From Octopus vulgaris (taxonomy: Eukaryota): a stretch of DNA of 64,000 bases. Position numbers and translations under genes: made by a program. The notes under the pieces were generated by a model. It saw nothing but the letters and a program-made list of their open reading frames with translations, searched no databases and had not been told where the DNA came from. Below, piece after piece: positions 61,016-64,000 of this stretch (position 1 is its first letter; each line of letters opens with the position of its first letter). The DNA lies in assembly GCA_951406725.2 (NCBI GenBank), contig OX597819.1, positions 9,052,001 through 9,116,000 of the forward strand, read 5' to 3'.

Positions 61016-61408
61016 TCTTTATATATAAAAGTGAGGTTGTGTGCTGTCTGTCTCCTACGATTTAGATTCCTAACTACTCCCACATTTTGCGGTGCAGTTT
61101 AACCAAAACCGGGTATCTTATAGTCGTGATTCATATCGAGCCCTTCTGGGTATTAGCGCGCGTCTACGATGAGTCTACGATTTAAAAAAAAATTTACCAT
61201 AAATTTTTCCCATTTTTAATACATTTTTGGCATATATAAGGGAAGTAACTCTCTAAAATTTATTAAATCTCAGAACGTAAAAAGCTACAGTAACACCACC
61301 CCCTTTGTGGTTAGCCATATTAAGATGGGTATTATACTTTACATCTCTAAAAATGCTTATATAGTTATTTCCCTTATAAACCCGAGTAACGCCGGGCGAT
61401 ACTGCTAG
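61016..61408 (+). mobile_element. Non-autonomous Helitron E, full length
   Basis: A|TCTTTATATAT..CCCGAGTAACGCCGGG CGATACTG CTAG|T; no TSD. Confidence 0.9.
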
Positions 61409-61457
61409 TATTATATGAAAACAACAACAACAACAACTAATAATAATGATAACAAGA

Positions 61458-61988
61458 TGCTTTGATGCAATACCAGGCAGTCGCTCTCATGGTTTCTCAT
61501 CTTATGTACATACTAACGACTGGAAGTGTTAGTAGATACATCGGTATAAATGATGGGCTACAGCAAATATTCTGCTCGATACCACAGATTTGCTTGTCAG
61601 ATGTTTGACCTTAACCAGTTGAGCATGTCCTTTGGTCGCTGGCGATATGTGCATCTCTGATCACGAGCAGAAGTAGTGGGAGAGCATCATAGCCATGTGT
61701 TGAGAGGGATTATTTGGAGGTTTGAATAATTCACCTCTGGAAACATGGATGTTTCGTTCAACATCCTTAAACGACCCTTATTTGAGGACCATTTGAGCGG
61801 GATGGGCTACTCGACCTGAAGAAAATTCTAACTCGATCACCACCCGCTAGGTCATGCGCTGTTTATCTTGATATGAGATCACCATATCGTGAACATATGG
61901 TTGTGAGACGAGTAGTCATGATGGCTATACTGGGCTTCGTATATTTTACCCCAGTGTCACTTTGATGGCATGCACTGCTCTCTCACTC
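61458..61988 (+). mobile_element. Family D element, older inverted copy, ending in (AAT)n
   Basis: Reverse complement of 14405-14959 with indels. Confidence 0.85.
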
Positions 61989-62027
61989 AATAATAATAAT
62001 TATTATTAAAGTAATAATAACTATTAT

Positions 62028-62411
62028 GTGGAGGCGCAATGGCCCAGTGGTTAGGGCAGCGGACTCGCGGTCATAGGATCGCGGTTACGATTCCCAGACC
62101 GGGCGTTGTGAGTGTTTATTGAGCGAAAACACCTAAAGCTCCACGAGGCTCCGGCAGTGGATGGTGGTGATCCCTTCTGTACTCTTTCACCACAACTTTC
62201 TCTCACTCTTACTTCCTGTTTCTGTTGTACCTGTATTTCAAGGGGCCGGCCTTGTCACTCTCTGTGTCACGCTGAATATCCCCGAGAACTACGTTAAGGG
62301 TACACGTGTCTGTGGAGTGCTCAGCCACTTACACGTTAATTTCACGAGCAGGCTGTTCCGTTGATTCGGATCAACCGGAACCCTCGTCGTCGTAACCGAC
62401 GGAGTGCTTCC
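62028..62411 (+). mobile_element. SINE family B, TSD AATAATAACTATTA
   Basis: TSD 62013-62026 / 62414-62427. Confidence 0.92.
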
Positions 62412-62599
62412 ACAATAATAACTATTAAAATAATAATAATAATAATCAACTTTGTTGGTCATTCTTCCATTTCATAGTTGGCCTCGACAGATTTCAGCCG
62501 GACCCCTGCCGTATTCTTGGGATATTCTTTTGTTTGTAAAGTTACGTTTCATCTGATGATTACGGTTTTTTGTTTGTAATGGAGTAATGTTCTCATTCT

Positions 62600-62945
62600 T
62601 CGATTTAAAAAATGCGTAAGGAACAGCAGTTGGCATCCTTTTTGTCTCGGGAGAGAATGGAGTTGCGCATAAAATAGTCTAGTCTGGCTTTTACATTTCA
62701 TGTCCTGATACATTTCCTGCTGTGGCTGTGTAGTCCCATCCTGGACAAACAAACACTCCCTCTGGCAGGTACCGCAAATGTAGCGAAGACTGTTCCTGGC
62801 TGGTTGTAATGCCATAGCTTCTTGTTGACGTCTTTTCTTGTCTTTCCATTTCTCCTCTCTCTCTCTGTCACTCCTTTGTATTCCCTCTTTTACGGTACGT
62901 CGCCAATCTCCACGGTTGCCGACAACTGCCTCCCAACCGCTGATA
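62600..62945 (-). mobile_element. RTE-like LINE 3' relic
   Basis: WEAVVGNRGDWRRTVKEG and C-terminal YICGTCQREC zinc-finger-like tail. Confidence 0.6.
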
Positions 62946-63287
62946 AGAAACAGCAGTAATGAGCAGACAATTATTCATCGTTTGATTATAATACAAGAGG
63001 ATTTACGACTTGTCGGACACCCTAGAGTATACCAACAACATACCAACCAATTAATGCTGGTTTGGACCAGCCCTTAGGTGCTAAATACAAATAGGGTTGG
63101 TTTTCTCTGTGTACATACCTGGTAGATCCTATTTGATATTTACCAACCAGAGGCTGGAACCACAGGTTTATCCAACCCTACGTGGTGCATATCTTTTCAA
63201 ATACCTATCTGAATCCTTATTTTACTATGTGTGTGTGCGTGTGTAGTGCATTTGTATACATATATATGTGCGTGTGTATACTTGTAT

Positions 63288-63333
<46 letters not shown>

Positions 63334-63341
<8 letters not shown>

Positions 63342-63601
63342 CAAGATAAGGGCAGAAGGGGAAAATTTCTTGTGAATTAACCCCGAAATTTGACCAATAC
63401 GGTAATAACGAATTTTTTAGAGATTTCTATCGGTTTGTTTCGAGACGAAAAAATTTAATGGTTATCGACAATTTTTTGTTTCGGCATATTTGGCATTAGA
63501 ATTTTTCTTCTGCCCTTATCTTGTAAATTATGTATAAATTTTACCTTTAAAGGCATTTTTTGATATGCTGGCCATTGATAAAATTTTTATCCTATATCAA
63601 T

Positions 63602-63605
<4 letters not shown>
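63334..63605. repeat. Segment between (TA)n tracts with a 25-bp inverted repeat
   Basis: ATAATTTACAAGATAAGGGCAGAAG (63334-63358) inverted at 63507-63531. Confidence 0.8.
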
Positions 63606-63645
<40 letters not shown>

Positions 63646-63763
63646 CAGTCAGCTGTCTATAAGTAAAGAGGTTATGTGCAACCTATATTGTCTGGTGCAA
63701 CAGTCGAAATGAGACCAATAACTTTCTGACCGGCCATAACAAAAATTATACTACTCAACCCTC

Positions 63764-63823
<60 letters not shown>

Positions 63824-64000
63824 CGCAGTTACTGCCAAGAAATATTAACCGAAATGATACTGATTATATGAGTGTGATCACAAACCAATTTCAGGGCCGA
63901 CTTCATAATCATCTACAATATTCTGAAAAACAAAGGACACAAAACATGTAACTCAATTACAGTAATATAAGTTTTGTTATTAAGTGATAAATCAAATGTT

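Overview
AT-rich eukaryotic non-coding DNA, probably cephalopod/Octopus-like (inferred from the SINE types and the very large AAT, ACAT and TA microsatellites; not verified by search). I can support no intact host gene: the long ORFs in the track are translated microsatellites or recur in SINE copies. The window is a mosaic of three tRNA-headed SINE families, non-autonomous Helitrons, mariner/Tc1 and Chapaev3-like relics, RTE LINE relics, several restriction-like-endonuclease (RLE) LINE families inserted in (AAT)n, and many Penelope-like (PLE) fragments. Best leads: (1) hand-folded type I hammerhead ribozymes, one within a ~270-bp tRNA-headed element (13281-13552, minus) and others in fold-back PLE remnants, including a recurrent CCGAnGA core variant; (2) a 555-bp non-coding element found three times in (AAT)n alongside Dong/R4-like LINEs. 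All family assignments and folds are by eye, and boundaries are approximate unless TSDs or termini are quoted.
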